From: a virus
Lineage: Duplodnaviria > Caudoviricetes
Length of the DNA: 64,000 nt
Reading direction: 5' to 3' (one strand)
Virus record (IMG/VR): IMGVR_UViG_3300028797_002495
Location: 17,756-81,755 of that record
Shown here: positions 19,595 through 29,399 of the stretch, piece after piece
How the letters are laid out: the number at the start of each line of letters is the position of its first letter
Position numbering within the stretch: position 1 is the stretch's first letter
Notes under the pieces: model-generated
What the model was told of the DNA's origin: nothing
Databases searched by the model: none
Seen by the model: only the letters and a program-made list of their open reading frames with translations
Position numbers and translations under genes: made by a program

Positions 19595-20431
19595 ATGAGT
19601 TTAACAAACCCTAATTCAGTTGTAACTGAACAGAGATTATCAGAATTTTATCAAGGTATACTTCCTTATCTTGGTGGTATGCCTGATATATTAGCTAATA
19701 AGTTTGATAAGGCTAATATGTATAGTACGGATGAAAAGATCATCGGGCAGTGGACTGACGGGAAACCGTTGTATCAGAAAGTTATTACATTTAATTCTGC
19801 CGTACAGATAAACATGAACGCTTCTGATCAAACATTATGCGACATTACTGATTTAAATATAGATAAATTAGTTGATTTAGAAGTGTTTAGAAATGATTAT
19901 TGCAAACAGAATATGTGGGCACAATATATAGATACCACTAATAAATTAATCAAGGTTAAGCCGTTGGCATATAATCCATCAGAAACCGTACAGACTGTTC
20001 CTATTTTAAGACTCATAGTGAAATACACCAAAACCACAGATTCACCAGTAGCAATCGGAATAGATACAGACTATTCTACAACAGAAAAGATTGTGGGTAC
20101 ATGGGTAGATGGACGACCAATCTATCAAAGGACTATTGATGGTACAATGCCTACACCGAGTGAAGATTTTGGAACTCCTGAAATAATAAGTATAGATATA
20201 AATACATGGAACATTGATGATTGTCTTTCTATTCAAGTTACTGGAAGTACTCCATACAGTCTTGGATTTTATGGTGTATGGGTAACACGAAATAATACAA
20301 CAGGTGCAGCAGGAATTACTTCAGCCTTTTATGACCCAGCAAATTCTAGAATTAGAATAACTAATAATAGAACTGGTTATAGCGGAATGAATGTAAAACT
20401 CACTATTCAATATACTAAAACTACAAATTAA
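19595..20431 (+). CDS. Tail fibre-related protein with two copies of the repeat domain
   Basis: NKFDKANMYSTDEKIIGQWTDGKPLYQK and YSTTEKIVGTWVDGRPIYQR; ends QYTKTTN. Confidence 0.65.
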   Translation: MSLTNPNSVVTEQRLSEFYQGILPYLGGMPDILANKFDKANMYSTDEKIIGQWTDGKPLYQKVITFNSAVQINMNASDQTLCDITDLNIDKLVDLEVFRNDYCKQNMWAQYIDTTNKLIKVKPLAYNPSETVQTVPILRLIVKYTKTTDSPVAIGIDTDYSTTEKIVGTWVDGRPIYQRTIDGTMPTPSEDFGTPEIISIDINTWNIDDCLSIQVTGSTPYSLGFYGVWVTRNNTTGAAGITSAFYDPANSRIRITNNRTGYSGMNVKLTIQYTKTTN

Positions 20432-20691
20432 TGAGTTTTAATTATTATCTTTATACTGAAGATGATGAAATAAGGGATCAATTAATATTTGACGCTCGTC
20501 AAATAAATAGCATTTACGCAGTTACAAAATTATTAAATGAATACAATATATATTTGAACGACTATACCAACACCTCAGAAGTATCCACGTCGCTTTGTAA
20601 AATCGATTTTAAGACACTTTACAAGCGTAAGGGTACTCTGGGGTGTATTGGGTTTGGAAGTCACTTTTATGAGGTCGTTACGGACTCGTAG
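20431..20691 (+). CDS. Small hypothetical protein
   Basis: ORF track; start overlaps the previous stop (TAATG). Confidence 0.45.
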   Translation: MSFNYYLYTEDDEIRDQLIFDARQINSIYAVTKLLNEYNIYLNDYTNTSEVSTSLCKIDFKTLYKRKGTLGCIGFGSHFYEVVTDS

Positions 20692-20771
20692 AGTTATTCG
20701 CTTTGCGGGTTAAGATAACGAATAATTTTACGTTTAAAACGAGTAATAATTAACAAGAAAGGAGGAATCAT

Positions 20772-22220
20772 ATGCCAGATATAGAAAAAGCTGTTAAATA
20801 TATGGAAGACATTGCCAATGATGATTCTCATGGCTACGCCCAAGATAATCGAGGAGGAAATCCAGACTATGACTGCTCCTCTCTTGTAGGTACTGCTTTA
20901 AATGTGGCAGGCTTTAATGTTTCAAAGGGGAGCACAACTAGAAATCTTTATCAGCAAATGATTAATTGTGGATTTAAAGAAATAGCAATTGATGCTCCTA
21001 GAAAAAGAGGCGATGTATTTTTAAGCGTTGGTCATCATGTAGTAATGTGTACCGATGCTGACAATATAGTACACGCTTCATTAAATGAAAATGGTGGAAT
21101 TAAAAATGGACAGCCTGGCGACCAGACTGGTAAAGAGATTTGCATTAGAAGTTATTACAATCATAAGAATGGTTGGAGCTATCATTTAAGATACGAATCT
21201 TTTACTCCAAATCCTGTAACTCAAAAGGGATTCTTGGTTGATATAAGTCATCATAATCTTATATTAGATTGGGTTGATCTTGCAAGAGAAGTTGACGGAG
21301 TTATAGTGCGTGCTGGATACCGTGGTTATCAGAATGGAACCATTACAGAAGATAAACTATTCGATTATCACATAAAAGAATTGACAAAAAGGAATGTAAA
21401 GGTGGGCTTGTATTTCTACTCTCAGGCAATTACAGAAGTCGAAGGAGTCGAAGAAGCCAAATGGATTATAGATAAAGCAAAAGCATATAAAATTGATTAC
21501 CCGATTTTTATAGATTCGGAATATGCTAATAAAACTCATAATGGTAGAGCTGATGCGTTAAGTAAAGATGCAAGAACGAAAATTACAATTGCGTTCTGTA
21601 ATGAAGTTGCTAAAGCGGGATATGTTGCCGGGGTTTATGCTTCAGAGAACTGGTTTAAGAATCAGTTAGATTTTAATAAATTAACTAATTACTTTATATG
21701 GTGTGCAAAATATAGCACAAACAAACCTAATATACCACATTACGATGCATGGCAATATGGCAGCAAACAATTCTCGTGGGCAAAAGCACCAATAGATGTT
21801 AACGAATGGTACAATAATAATCCTAAAATTGTAACCCCTGACGTTACACCAACTCAACCGTTTAAAAATACAGTAAAAGTAAATACACATCTTAATATTC
21901 GCAACAAGCCAGTAGTAGGTGAAATTGTTGGAAAACTCAATAATGGAGATACCGTTGTAGTTATTGGATATCAAAAAGGATGGCTACAGATTGGATCTAA
22001 CGAATGGGTAAGTGAGACATATGTTCACAGTTCGTATGGGCTTGTTACTGCTAACTCACTAAATGTTCGTAAGGGTAATTCTACTGCTTATGAAAGTCTC
22101 GGATTTGTTCATAAGAATAACAATGTTAAAATCGTTAAAGAATTAGGTGGGTGGTATCAGATAATTGCTCCAAACGGATTGTTTGGTTGGGCAAGCAGTA
22201 AATATATAGACTTGATTTAG
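20772..22220 (+). CDS. Endolysin: NlpC/P60-like amidohydrolase + GH25 muramidase + two SH3b domains
   Basis: YAQDNR...DYDCSSLV...GHHV; LVDISHHN..VIVRAGYRG..GLYFYSQA..IDSE; LNIRNKP and LNVRKG SH3 repeats; RBS AAAGGAGG. Confidence 0.92.
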   Translation: MPDIEKAVKYMEDIANDDSHGYAQDNRGGNPDYDCSSLVGTALNVAGFNVSKGSTTRNLYQQMINCGFKEIAIDAPRKRGDVFLSVGHHVVMCTDADNIVHASLNENGGIKNGQPGDQTGKEICIRSYYNHKNGWSYHLRYESFTPNPVTQKGFLVDISHHNLILDWVDLAREVDGVIVRAGYRGYQNGTITEDKLFDYHIKELTKRNVKVGLYFYSQAITEVEGVEEAKWIIDKAKAYKIDYPIFIDSEYANKTHNGRADALSKDARTKITIAFCNEVAKAGYVAGVYASENWFKNQLDFNKLTNYFIWCAKYSTNKPNIPHYDAWQYGSKQFSWAKAPIDVNEWYNNNPKIVTPDVTPTQPFKNTVKVNTHLNIRNKPVVGEIVGKLNNGDTVVVIGYQKGWLQIGSNEWVSETYVHSSYGLVTANSLNVRKGNSTAYESLGFVHKNNNVKIVKELGGWYQIIAPNGLFGWASSKYIDLI

Positions 22221-22236
22221 AAAGGCACAATTACAA

Positions 22237-22776
22237 ATGAAAGACGTTATCGAATTAATACAATTATCAGGACTGGAGGTTCCTGCATGGATTTTCTTAG
22301 TGGCACTTGGAGGTGCTCTTATTTATTTTATAGTAAAATTCTTCAGAAAAACTCTCGTTCCTAAAGTTGAAGAATATATAAAAATTAAGAGTGACATCAT
22401 GGCTATTCCGCTTATCAGAAGTAAGCAAGAAGAAGCCATACGAAAATCTATAGAGGGAGATCAAATGTTAGAACACAGGATTGATAAAATGGATGAGAAA
22501 TTGGATCAAATTGTGAATGTGTTGACTGAACTTCAAGCTATGACAAAAGAACAAGCCTCAAATAGTGCAGCTCAGTCTTCTGGGTTGAAGATGATGCTTG
22601 CTAATGAATTGGATAAACGTTACAGAAGATACTTAGAACTTGGTTATATTCCTGACAAGGAATTTGATGAGTACTGCGAAACCTATCGCATATATCATGA
22701 TGAACTTGGTGGAAATCATACAGGCACACAAAAGTATAATTATGTAATGGAACACCTAGAGAGAAAGATCATCTAG
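22237..22776 (+). CDS. Lysis-cassette membrane protein (holin-like)
   Basis: N-terminal TM (WIFLVALGGALIYFIVKFF), coiled coil, C-terminal YRIYHDELGGNHTG motif frequent next to endolysins. Confidence 0.6.
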   Translation: MKDVIELIQLSGLEVPAWIFLVALGGALIYFIVKFFRKTLVPKVEEYIKIKSDIMAIPLIRSKQEEAIRKSIEGDQMLEHRIDKMDEKLDQIVNVLTELQAMTKEQASNSAAQSSGLKMMLANELDKRYRRYLELGYIPDKEFDEYCETYRIYHDELGGNHTGTQKYNYVMEHLERKII

Positions 22777-22803
22777 GAATCTTATAGAAAGGGGGAATGA
22801 GGA

Positions 22804-22950
22804 ATGGACGAAAGAGAAAAATATTTACAACTGATAAATGAGAAAGACGACATCAAGGATTTAGAAAAATATTATGACAATGTGGACGTGACCAAGTTAA
22901 CCCTTTCTGAATTGAAAGAATATCTGATTCATGTCATAGGACATTGTTAA
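22804..22950 (+). CDS. 48-aa hypothetical protein (MDEREKYLQLINEK...), not in ORF track
   Basis: Open frame after the GAGG RBS; last + strand gene before att. Confidence 0.45.
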   Translation: MDEREKYLQLINEKDDIKDLEKYYDNVDVTKLTLSELKEYLIHVIGHC

Positions 22951-23136
22951 GTCGGACTAGAGACCTTAAACCTAATTCCATTGGTCGAGAGACCTAAAAC
23001 CAAAAAGGAAGTAAGAGCTAAAAACTCCTACTTCCTTTTTTTTACCCACAATATTTGTGGTAAAATCATTGTTTTTTACCACATATTTTTCGGGTTGTGT
23101 TTTGGAAGAGTACAATTCAAGTGCTCCTCCTTTCCG

Positions 23137-23311
23137 TTTGCTTACCTTTTTGCTTACCTTTTGAAGCACCGAGTCTGCAAACCCGCATAAATACGGCATT
23201 TTTTCATGCCTCAGACCGGAATCGAACCCTGGTTCAAATGGGAAGAATCCAGTATTTACTAGGCTTTCCAGACTTTTTCTTTGCTTACTTTTTGACTATT
23301 TTGCTTACCTT
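23137..23311. other. Probable attP: tRNA 3'-end core plus integrase arm-type repeats
   Basis: Core 23207-23228 reads GGTTCGATTCCGGTCTGAGGCA on the - strand (T-loop, 3' T-stem, acceptor strand, discriminator A); direct repeats TTTGCTTACCTT at 23137, 23149 and 23300 and TTTGCTTACTTT at 23280; inverted TAAATAC/GTATTTA centred on the T-loop; directly downstream of the integrase. Confidence 0.82.
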
Positions 23312-23328
23312 TAATGATAAACATTAAA

Positions 23329-24528
23329 TCAAATATTGATAGCTCTCTGTATCTGATCGACTTTTTCTTGGTGACTTTTATTAGAGAAATAATAAAACTT
23401 TCTTGTGGTCGTAATATCCGCATGACCCATTTGTTCCATGACTGTGCTATCATCGGCTCCCGAATCTATAAGCATCGTTCCGTATGTCTTTCGTATCTTA
23501 TGCATACTCATTCTTGGAATGCCAACTGCATCACAGGCTTTATACAAATAATCATTAAAAGATATCTTACCGATCTTTTTCCCGTCCTGCATCATCATGT
23601 ATTCGCCAAAGGGATTTAATCTACGAATCATCTTAATTGTTTCAATGGCTTTAGGAGTAAGGATAACTCCACGTTCTCCTGCTTCTGTTTTGGTGTAAGG
23701 TACAATTTCATATATCATGTTTCCAGCATCATCTTTATAACGAACTTCTTGTCTTCGAATGTTTAAAATGTTGCCGTCAACGTCACAGTATTTTAACGCT
23801 GCAAGCTCACCTTCTCTTAACCCAGTTTGAAACACTAAGAGTATTCCAAGATTGCCCACGGTGGGATGATCCTTTAACCATTTAACAACTTTTTCTGTTT
23901 CTTCTTCGGTAAACACTTGTTTCTTCTTTTCTGTTTTTTTGAATGTCTTTTTGGATATCTGAAGATCTCCCAAGAAAGAAGTAATACTGAAATCACTATA
24001 GTGTTTACGTTTTGCTAGTTTCATTATTCCTATGAGTAATGTTTTCATGTTACCATAAGATTTTGTTGTTAATTCTTTTTGGACTATTGTTGTTTTAATT
24101 AGGGATTCAAGGTATTCTTCAGTAACAAAATCTATCCTCATATTAATAAAACCAGTGTCTCCAAAGAAACGTTGAAAATCGTCTCTGTATCTGTTTAAAG
24201 TTGTATTCCCTATCTCGTCCCACTCTTTTTTTAGAGTGATCCATTCTTCAAATACATCTTTAACAAGCGGATGAGTTTCTTTAGTTTTATAAAAGTTGTA
24301 AATTATTTCTTCTACGTCTTCTAAATTTTTTCTCTTTATTAATCTCCTTTTTTCGCCACCTATGGCAGGGAGTTCGGTATACCATTTGCCGTTCTCTCCT
24401 TGCCATATTCTGTTTTTGTGCATATCCAAATATTTTTTTCTTTCATACATTTCGATCTGCACTTGAATTGTACTAAAGTCAATTATACCCTGAGCTAAAG
24501 CAAAGTTCAATGCTTCAGTTTGAGTCAT
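23329..24528 (-). CDS. int: Tyrosine recombinase (phage integrase)
   Basis: FQTGLREGEL (Arg), HKIRKTY (His-x-x-Arg), MGHADITTTRKFY (His/Tyr); N-terminal arm-binding-like domain. Confidence 0.95.
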   Translation of the reverse strand: MTQTEALNFALAQGIIDFSTIQVQIEMYERKKYLDMHKNRIWQGENGKWYTELPAIGGEKRRLIKRKNLEDVEEIIYNFYKTKETHPLVKDVFEEWITLKKEWDEIGNTTLNRYRDDFQRFFGDTGFINMRIDFVTEEYLESLIKTTIVQKELTTKSYGNMKTLLIGIMKLAKRKHYSDFSITSFLGDLQISKKTFKKTEKKKQVFTEEETEKVVKWLKDHPTVGNLGILLVFQTGLREGELAALKYCDVDGNILNIRRQEVRYKDDAGNMIYEIVPYTKTEAGERGVILTPKAIETIKMIRRLNPFGEYMMMQDGKKIGKISFNDYLYKACDAVGIPRMSMHKIRKTYGTMLIDSGADDSTVMEQMGHADITTTRKFYYFSNKSHQEKVDQIQRAINI

Positions 24529-24530
24529 AA

Positions 24531-25052
24531 TTATTCTCCTGTACTACCTATTCCTCCGACTCTTTCAGTCTCAACTTCATCGTTATATGTAATACCAAAA
24601 GGTACAAACATTCCTTGACATATCTTATCTCCAGCTTTGATATCAAAAGTCTTTTCTCCGTGGTTTACTAATTTTACCCAGATATGCCCCTCATTTTTTG
24701 CGTTATAATAATCGCTATCAATAACTCCTATAGTGTTAGCGAGCATGATATGATATTTAAACCCTACGCTGCTTCTTGGAACTATTTGCAACACCCAACC
24801 ATTTTCAATAAAGCATCTAATTCCGGTTGGAATTTTTACTACCTCACCTGGCTGAAGTACTATATCAAAAGGAACTACAAAATCATATCCTGCACTGCCA
24901 GATGTTCCTCTTTCGGGAAGCTTAATATCATCATACATCTGATAAATTGCATTAATCTGTTCCTCTTCCATTTCTTTTATAGGGAACTCTCCGATAAAAT
25001 CATTGAAGAATTGTTCCCTACTTACTTTTTCAAAACGAGCCACTCTGTCCAT
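24531..25052 (-). CDS. dut: Trimeric dUTPase
   Basis: SAGYDF, PRSSVG, GVIDSDY, RVGGIGSTG motifs. Confidence 0.95.
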   Translation of the reverse strand: MDRVARFEKVSREQFFNDFIGEFPIKEMEEEQINAIYQMYDDIKLPERGTSGSAGYDFVVPFDIVLQPGEVVKIPTGIRCFIENGWVLQIVPRSSVGFKYHIMLANTIGVIDSDYYNAKNEGHIWVKLVNHGEKTFDIKAGDKICQGMFVPFGITYNDEVETERVGGIGSTGE

Positions 25053-25063
25053 TGGTCTTCTCC

Positions 25064-25252
25064 TTATTTGCCATTTTTGTCTACTTGTTTGTCTTCACAT
25101 GGAATACATTGTCCCCAACGGAAGAACTTATTGCCCTTTGCCGAACAACATATCCCAATATTTCTTGCATCATCTTCATTTTCTAATGTGCAATATTTGC
25201 ATTTTTCTTTTTCAGACGGTATGCAATCTTTTCCTATGATAATCATTCCCAT
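25064..25252 (-). CDS. Small Cys-rich hypothetical protein
   Basis: ORF track; operon context. Confidence 0.5.
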   Translation of the reverse strand: MGMIIIGKDCIPSEKEKCKYCTLENEDDARNIGICCSAKGNKFFRWGQCIPCEDKQVDKNGK

Positions 25253-25593
25253 CCTTTTATACCCAGCTCCTTGAATTTATCAATTATTTTTTCATCAATT
25301 TTTCTTATAACTTCATTGTTGCCAATATCTCTACTGTACCATGAAGCATAAAGTGATCTTGATCCACCATCGTAACAACCAAGCCTAATATTCCCTGTAT
25401 TAATATCTATTCTAATTTCAGCTTCTATTACTCCTGCGTTGCCATAATTCCACACGGTAAAGCGATGAAAATATACTGGATTGTCCGCATCTGAGAAGAT
25501 GCGGCTCCAGTAAAAATGATTTTTTTCAAGCCAATGAGCATTTAATTTTTTCTTACTTATATAAAGTTTATGTATCTCATTTAATGGCTTCAT
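25243..25593 (-). CDS. Hypothetical protein
   Basis: ORF track; RBS GGAG upstream. Confidence 0.55.
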   Translation of the reverse strand: MKPLNEIHKLYISKKKLNAHWLEKNHFYWSRIFSDADNPVYFHRFTVWNYGNAGVIEAEIRIDINTGNIRLGCYDGGSRSLYASWYSRDIGNNEVIRKIDEKIIDKFKELGIKGWE

Positions 25594-25602
25594 GTTTTTC
25601 TC

Positions 25603-26562
25603 CTACATACTCTTTCTTTCTGCAATCTCTGCCATTTTAGCAGCGTTAGATCTAGTATAACCATGTACTCTTGAATACTGTAGATAACCATTCATTCTAT
25701 CAATCTTGGTTATCATTGAACTGCCACATATTGGACATACGTCCATTTCAAGTTCTTCATGACCACAATCTTCACAATATGCCAATGAAAGATTTACGCC
25801 TTCGTAGAAGCCGATTTGCATAGCTCTGCGAACGATTGATTTAATTGCTTGAATATTATATCCAAGATGATATCTACAATACTGTATTTTTCCACCATTG
25901 AAATAATCCCAAAATCTTCTTTCAGCATCTTGTTTTTGAATGGGACTAATGTCTTCTGTTACATGACAATGGAATGAATTACTTACATAAGGACGATCTG
26001 ATACTTTTTCAACCACTCCATATTTCTTACGGAACTGTTCTACTTGTGTTCCACATAAACTCTCTGCTGGTGTTCCGTAGATCGCATAGAGTATTTGGTC
26101 TTCTTCTTTAATCCTATCAACATAATCATTGATATATTTCATTACTTCTAATGGAAACTGTCCGTCCTCTAATATTGATTTTCCATTATATAATTCATTT
26201 AATTCATTTAATGCAGTAATTCCAAAACTCATTGTCATAGGTTTAAGCAATGGCTTGATTTTTTCATCAGCCTTAAGATGACCATTAAGTAATCCACCTT
26301 GCATCCATGCCATAGGGTTTGTACTTGCTTTCTTTTCACCTAAAAAGTCGTATGTTCTCTTATGTAGATTTCTTATCATTTCAAGATAATAATCAAGGAC
26401 TTTATAGAAATCTTTATTTTCTTGTCTTGATTTTGCAAGAATCATTGGTAAATGCAATGATATTACGCCAAGATTGCAACGAGATATAAATATTGGTACA
26501 TCGTTTTCATCAGCCGGATGCATTCCACCACGTTCAAACCAAGGACTTAAACTAGCTCTACA
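25603..26562 (-). CDS. nrdD: Anaerobic ribonucleotide reductase, exon 2
   Basis: Begins CRASL, contains RCNLGVISL, YGTPAES, Zn ribbon CEDC..CPIC and the glycyl-radical motif RMNGYL. Confidence 0.95.
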   Translation of the reverse strand, partial: CRASLSPWFERGGMHPADENDVPIFISRCNLGVISLHLPMILAKSRQENKDFYKVLDYYLEMIRNLHKRTYDFLGEKKASTNPMAWMQGGLLNGHLKADEKIKPLLKPMTMSFGITALNELNELYNGKSILEDGQFPLEVMKYINDYVDRIKEEDQILYAIYGTPAESLCGTQVEQFRKKYGVVEKVSDRPYVSNSFHCHVTEDISPIQKQDAERRFWDYFNGGKIQYCRYHLGYNIQAIKSIVRRAMQIGFYEGVNLSLAYCEDCGHEELEMDVCPICGSSMITKIDRMNGYLQYSRVHGYTRSNAAKMAEIAERKSM

Positions 26563-27377
26563 CAAACCTTATAAATTTCATAAGGTTCAGACTATATCTT
26601 CACATATTATTCTGTAACCAAATAATATGTGCTCCGCACTTCCACTTGAGGAATTTCACCTCAAATGTACTCTACTCGCTTCTTCATACAAGTTTTTCTC
26701 TTATATTATGCTTTCGATAGTCGTTTGACTTAAATGTAACTGAATAAATAACCTAAATAATCTTCGTTAAGTTCACCTTTTAATACTCTAGCAATTTTAT
26801 GTCTATCAAGTTTTAGTTGTTTACCACATTCTCTGATCGATTTAAAATTAAAGCTTTCTCCATTTATTATATTCACTGCTTTAATTTTGGTATTATTTCT
26901 ATGTGTACGATTTCCGCTTTTCCAACCGTGTAAAACATTATATGAATTTGTACACCATTCTAAATTATCTAACTGATTATTTAATTTATTACTATCTATG
27001 TGATTAATATATTTGTATTCATTCGGATTTGGAATGAAACAATGTGCTAAAATCACATGAACTCTTTGATGATGATTCTTACCAGTTTGATCTCGATATT
27101 GAACCTGCATATATCCGTCTGTCCCTTTATGAGGAGTTAATTTCAAACCGGTTCTTTTACTATATATATTTAAATTATCATCTACTAAAAATCCTTTATA
27201 TTCTTTCAATACCTTTATCCTCAAAGGTATTTATTCAGTACATCTTTAGCACAGGATTATCTCTTTTGAGCCTTCCCTGTTAGCCATTCTATTAGTTGCC
27301 ATTTCCTGCAATTACTTTCGTTAGAATGACACCCTAGATTTCTAGGTTCACGGAGTTTTACATGAGCTATATTACTA
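26563..27377 (-). mobile_element. Group I intron (IA-like) in nrdD, splitting the MG/CR motif
   Basis: Exon AUGGGU pairs with IGS GCUCAU (U-G at the splice site); Q AAUCCUGUGCUAAG, R CAAACGACUAUC, S AAGAUAUAGUCU; P9 CCUUAU/AUAAGG; terminal G at 26563; splicing gives ISLMG-CRASL in frame. Confidence 0.93.
26730..27224 (-). CDS. Intron-encoded HNH homing endonuclease with C-terminal NUMOD1-like domain
   Basis: RVHVILAHCF...INHIDSNKLNNQLDNLEWCTNSYN; FKSIRECGKQL. Confidence 0.9.
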   Translation of the reverse strand: MRIKVLKEYKGFLVDDNLNIYSKRTGLKLTPHKGTDGYMQVQYRDQTGKNHHQRVHVILAHCFIPNPNEYKYINHIDSNKLNNQLDNLEWCTNSYNVLHGWKSGNRTHRNNTKIKAVNIINGESFNFKSIRECGKQLKLDRHKIARVLKGELNEDYLGYLFSYI

Positions 27378-28640
27378 ACCCATGAGGGAAATAACTTTCC
27401 CATATTTTTTATAAATATTAGCTATATATCCCTCTCCTGTAAGAGATAAATAATCGGGATACATTGTTTTACTACTACACAAAACGGCTTTATCAAATAA
27501 ATATTCGTAAGCCTTGCCGTCTCCATGTAGATTATCATCATATAAGAATGTTAATTTTGGAAAGAGTACTGGTTTCTTAAAACCATCTTTGCCCTGACCA
27601 TCTCTTCTTACATCTAATGCTATTTCAGAAATAATCAATCCCCACTTAGAAGTATTAATCCCAAAAGACATTGCAATAAACGGATAATCACCTCTTGAAG
27701 ATCCAACTGTATTAAACTTATATTCCCAACCTTGGAATCCTTGTTCTATATCTCTTCTTACATCTGCTTCAGCATTCATCTTAGCATCTTCTGATGCCAA
27801 TTCATAAATAGCATTTAATTGAACTTGATCTAAATCAGCCATATTAATGCCTGCCGCACGTAAAGTTTTTCTTTGTGTTGAAGTTGCCATATTATGATAT
27901 TTTTTAAAGTATTTCTGATAAGACTTTTCAGCATACGGAGATAAAATATCATCAACTTGTGGTATTGTAAAACCACCATACTGCTGGCTGGCAGCACTTA
28001 ATACAATATCGCCGATTACGTCAAAGGCTGTATCAACAGTCTTGGGTTCGTTGTACCATATGTTACCCATTTCAAAACCGCCTTTAAGAACTCCACCAAC
28101 ATCAAATAAACAACAGTTGATTCCATCAAGTCTATCTTTCATATCGTTGATGTAGATATATCCATCTTCAGCAGCTTGTAATTCTTCTTTATTTAAGAAA
28201 AACTTTTGGTATAATTCTTTATTAAGCTGACCGTAGATCAAACTTCTTTGAGAACTTATCATGGCTGAATCAGTGTTGGCATTAGATACATCACCTATAT
28301 ATCTAATTTCTTGGCTCTTTTTATAAACTTCATCTAGCATCTTTACAAAAGCGGTTTTATAATCTCTATATTGTTTATATGATTCTCCGACCTTTGGATA
28401 AAGTTCAGTAAGAGCATTTTCTACTATGATGTGCATATCTTCGACCGGAACTAATTCCTCATCATATTCTTCAACATAGAAGTCTTCTTCAGCTATAATA
28501 TCTGCAACACGATTGCATATTGCACTATAATCTTCTTCGGTAAGCTTTTGTAAAGCTCTGTGGGCAGATTTGTTACAAGCATCAATTATCTTTTGTTCGT
28601 CATACGGAACAATCACACCATTTTTCTTAATGACTCTCAT
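27378..28640 (-). CDS. nrdD: Anaerobic ribonucleotide reductase, exon 1 with ATP-cone (spliced product about 740 aa)
   Basis: MRVIKKNG ATP-cone, NANTDS, GYIYINDM..NCC, QQYGGFTIP, PVLFPKL; ends ISLMG. Confidence 0.95.
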
Positions 28641-28657
28641 CTTTAGTACGCCTTTCT

Positions 28658-29092
28658 TTACTTCCAATAATGTTCTGTTATATAATTAACTGCTTCAAGC
28701 ATTGAAGGAAGTACTACGTCACAAGCGTCTTTTGCCCAGGGATAAACTTCAATTTTACCAAATCCAATAATTGGTTTATTTAAAGCTTGAGCAAATCCAA
28801 TTTCGTAGTTAGTTCCACAGCTTGAATCAGAAAAATCAAGATTGACAAGCAAGATATCACTTTCACGTAGATGATTTAAAAATAATTTTCTACATTCTTT
28901 ATCACTAGCGGGAAGGAATGATACATAATCATAATGTCTATTAGGATTAAATGTATTAAATTCACTTCCTAAAGCGGTACTTACATAATCTCTCCATGAT
29001 GAACTAATTTCTTGGGATACGTTTCTACACGCTCCACTAAGATATATTTTCCTCATTCTTAAATTTCTCCTTATTATATGCTTCACGATCAA
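28658..29092 (-). CDS. Nucleoside 2-deoxyribosyltransferase-like / nucleotide hydrolase
   Basis: KIYLSG, FNPN, SDILLVNL, GTNYEIGFAQALNKPII. Confidence 0.8.
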   Translation of the reverse strand: MIVKHIIRRNLRMRKIYLSGACRNVSQEISSSWRDYVSTALGSEFNTFNPNRHYDYVSFLPASDKECRKLFLNHLRESDILLVNLDFSDSSCGTNYEIGFAQALNKPIIGFGKIEVYPWAKDACDVVLPSMLEAVNYITEHYWK

Positions 29093-29399
29093 GTTCTAAT
29101 ATTGTTAAAAGACAGTAGTTGCTAAGATCCATAAGAGTATCTCTTATTGATTCGTCTTTAACTTGTGCTTTTTTCCCCGAAGCAAGATTCATTAATCTGT
29201 TATATTTATCAGAAATCCTTATGAGAGCGCTTGTAATGCCAAACTGTTTATAAGCCATAGAAAATGCATCTCCATAATCTTGATTTTTGGCTTCATAAAT
29301 TCTATTTAATTGTTTACAAAGTTCTTTGTGTCTCTGTACTTTAGGAATTTTTCTAGCAGAAACTTCTTTAACCTCTTCGGTTATTTTGTTTTCTTCCAT
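29037..29399 (-). CDS. DUF1599-like (nucleotide-modification associated) protein
   Basis: KNQDYGDAF...RISDKYNRL...ESIRDTLMDLSNY. Confidence 0.8.
   Translation of the reverse strand: MEENKITEEVKEVSARKIPKVQRHKELCKQLNRIYEAKNQDYGDAFSMAYKQFGITSALIRISDKYNRLMNLASGKKAQVKDESIRDTLMDLSNYCLLTILELDREAYNKEKFKNEENIS

Noticed and set aside
20684-20744. Nested hairpin upstream of the endolysin RBS as a regulatory RNA
   Set aside because: The stems (ACTCGT/ACGAGT, TTATTCG/CGAATAA) are short and do not cover the RBS; not distinguishable from chance without homologs.
22972-23619. Short overlapping ORFs around att (22972, 22981, 23097, 23259, 23314)
   Set aside because: They lack good RBSs and overlap the att repeats or run antisense to the integrase; probably spurious.
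17379-24528. Invertible tail-fibre shufflon driven by the nearby integrase
   Set aside because: All fibre genes are co-oriented, no inverted crossover sites were seen, and the integrase has its own attP.
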